DNA of 64,000 nt from the NCBI GenBank assembly GCA_965223925.1, contig OZ245028.1, positions 2,914,022 to 2,978,021 of the forward strand, written 5' to 3'. Under the pieces are notes generated by a model. It saw nothing but the letters and a program-made list of their open reading frames with translations. It ran no database searches and was not told the origin of the DNA. This document shows positions 62,842 through 64,000 of this stretch, piece after piece; the stretch's first letter is position 1; every line of letters begins with the position of its first letter. The DNA is from Longimicrobiales bacterium (GTDB lineage Bacteria; Gemmatimonadota; Gemmatimonadetes; Longimicrobiales; Gaopeijiaceae). The translations under genes were made by a program, and so were the position numbers.

Positions 62842-63459
62842 ATGATCCAAACGGACCCACAGCCCAATCCCGAAGACGACCTGGCCTTGATCCGCCGCCT
62901 CATGCAGGGCGCGCGGGAGGCCGAGGTCGACCATAGCGGGCACCTGATCCTGTGGGGGTTCCTCCAGGCCACCGCCGGAATGCTGGCATACCTTGTGCAT
63001 CAAGGTGCTTTCCACGTTTCCATCAGTGTCATCTGGGCCGTGGCGGTCGGCATCGGCTTTGCCGGCTCCTGGCTGCTCGCACGCCGCTTGAAAAAGAGCG
63101 CCCCGGTCAACTCGCTCGTGAATCGGGTTCTGGCTGCCATCTGGGTCGGATGCGGGCTTTCGCTGACGCTCGTGGGGTTCCTCGGACCAGGCCCCGGGTC
63201 ATTGCCGTCTCCGGTCACGCCGGGCGTCAAGAGTATCATCATCGGGTGCGCGTTCTTCGCATCGGCTCCGCTTTTCAACCGGACCGCCTACTGGGCGCTT
63301 GCGGCCGTGTGGTGGATCCTGGGCAGCGCGTTGCTGGTCCGTCCCTCTCTGGGATCGAACCTCGTGTTCGTTTGCGCGCCGATCCTGTTCATGCTCGTGC
63401 CCGGGCTGGTGCTTCGATCGCGTCGCCGTACAACCCCTCGGCTCCATGTAATCGCATGA
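62842..63459 (+). CDS. Hypothetical integral membrane protein (~5 TM helices).
   Basis: Hydrophobic helices run throughout. Its stop overlaps the start of the downstream regulator (ATGA at 63456-63459). Confidence 0.55.
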   Translation: MIQTDPQPNPEDDLALIRRLMQGAREAEVDHSGHLILWGFLQATAGMLAYLVHQGAFHVSISVIWAVAVGIGFAGSWLLARRLKKSAPVNSLVNRVLAAIWVGCGLSLTLVGFLGPGPGSLPSPVTPGVKSIIIGCAFFASAPLFNRTAYWALAAVWWILGSALLVRPSLGSNLVFVCAPILFMLVPGLVLRSRRRTTPRLHVIA

Positions 63460-63785
63460 CGAACTTCGACTACCGCCAGTTCGACCCGCTCATCCATTCG
63501 AGGATCCGGCTTTCGGTACTGGCCATCCTCGTCAGCGTCGACGACGCCGAGTTCACGTATCTGCGGGAGCAGGTCAAGGCCACCGATGGCAACCTGGGCG
63601 CTCACCTGCGCAGACTCGAGGAGGCCGGATATCTGCATGTCACCAAGCGCTTCGTGGATCGGAAACCTCTGACCCGCTACCGGGTCACTGACACCGGGCG
63701 AAAGGCGTTTCGGAGGTACGTCGACAGCTTGGAGCAGTTGCTGCCCGCTGCGCCGTCCGACGCACCACGGAATACGGCAGCGTAG
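63456..63785 (+). CDS. Winged-helix transcriptional regulator (ArsR-like / HTH_34 type).
   Basis: FDPLIHSRIRLSVLAILVSVDDAEFTYLREQVKATDGNLGAHLRRLEEAGYLHVTKRFVDRKPLTRYRVTDTGRKAFRRYV. Confidence 0.7.
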   Translation: MTNFDYRQFDPLIHSRIRLSVLAILVSVDDAEFTYLREQVKATDGNLGAHLRRLEEAGYLHVTKRFVDRKPLTRYRVTDTGRKAFRRYVDSLEQLLPAAPSDAPRNTAA

Positions 63786-63789
63786 GGGC

Positions 63790-64000
63790 GTGCTTGCGCT
63801 TGACGACATTCGCCGGGATGCCCGGCGCTGCAATGTCCGGCGCGCGAATGGCGGGCGGTGGTCGGTCGTCTGCTCCGTGTCCGTCGCAGCGGTCACGTTG
63901 TGTCTCCCACCGATGTGTCTCGCGCCGATCGCCCTGGCTGCCCAAGAGTCGTCTGCCGTGTCCGGCACCGTGCGAGACCTTGCCGGGAAGCCGCTTGCCG
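63790..64000 (+). CDS. 5' end of a probable TonB-dependent receptor or other carboxypeptidase-regulatory-domain protein. It runs off the window.
   Basis: Hydrophobic signal sequence ...LCLPPMCLAPIALAAQE, followed by SGTVRDLAGKPLA (start of a CarboxypepD_reg-like domain). The GTG start is tentative. Confidence 0.4.
   Translation, partial: MLALDDIRRDARRCNVRRANGGRWSVVCSVSVAAVTLCLPPMCLAPIALAAQESSAVSGTVRDLAGKPLA

Overview
This is a high-GC (roughly 65-68 % by eye) bacterial window with no rRNA, tRNA or CRISPR array. All family names come from motif recognition in the translated ORFs, since no searches could be run. Pseudogene coordinates are approximate.

(1) 1-6656: the window opens inside an array of 13 almost identical 300-bp units, each encoding a 100-aa FN3 module on the minus strand. 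At 3945/3946 the array folds back into the reverse-complement orientation. From there it continues as the 3' part of an FN3 / Calx-beta adhesin with an autotransporter-type beta-barrel.

(2) 7.2-22 kb: a housekeeping-looking block.
- A TonB-dependent receptor locus carries three secreted, atypical creatininase-family domains, an SDR fusion and a Tat-exported amine oxidase.
- A PadR regulator coupled to a membrane protein, a GYD protein and an MFS pump follow.
- A Cache-lipoprotein / atypical Hsp70 / HEAT-repeat operon closes the block.

(3) 22-64 kb: a strongly mosaic accessory region.
- At least 8 intact and 6 fragmentary paralogues of a secreted GEGPGE(F/V)-motif beta-propeller lipoprotein family.
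- Many toxin-antitoxin genes and remnants (YoeB, DinJ/YafQ, DUF433/PIN-like, orphan XRE).
- An IetA/IetS-like ATPase + S8 protease defence pair, plus a decayed second copy of its gene junction.
- A translationally coupled wHTH / DUF429 / small ORF / Big_2-peptidase gene string, which is the best candidate for an undescribed system.
- An IS1634-family element with a target duplication inside a helicase remnant, and an IS630 fragment.
- A 4-copy palindromic repeat family.

Long antisense ORFs typical of high-GC DNA were discounted.
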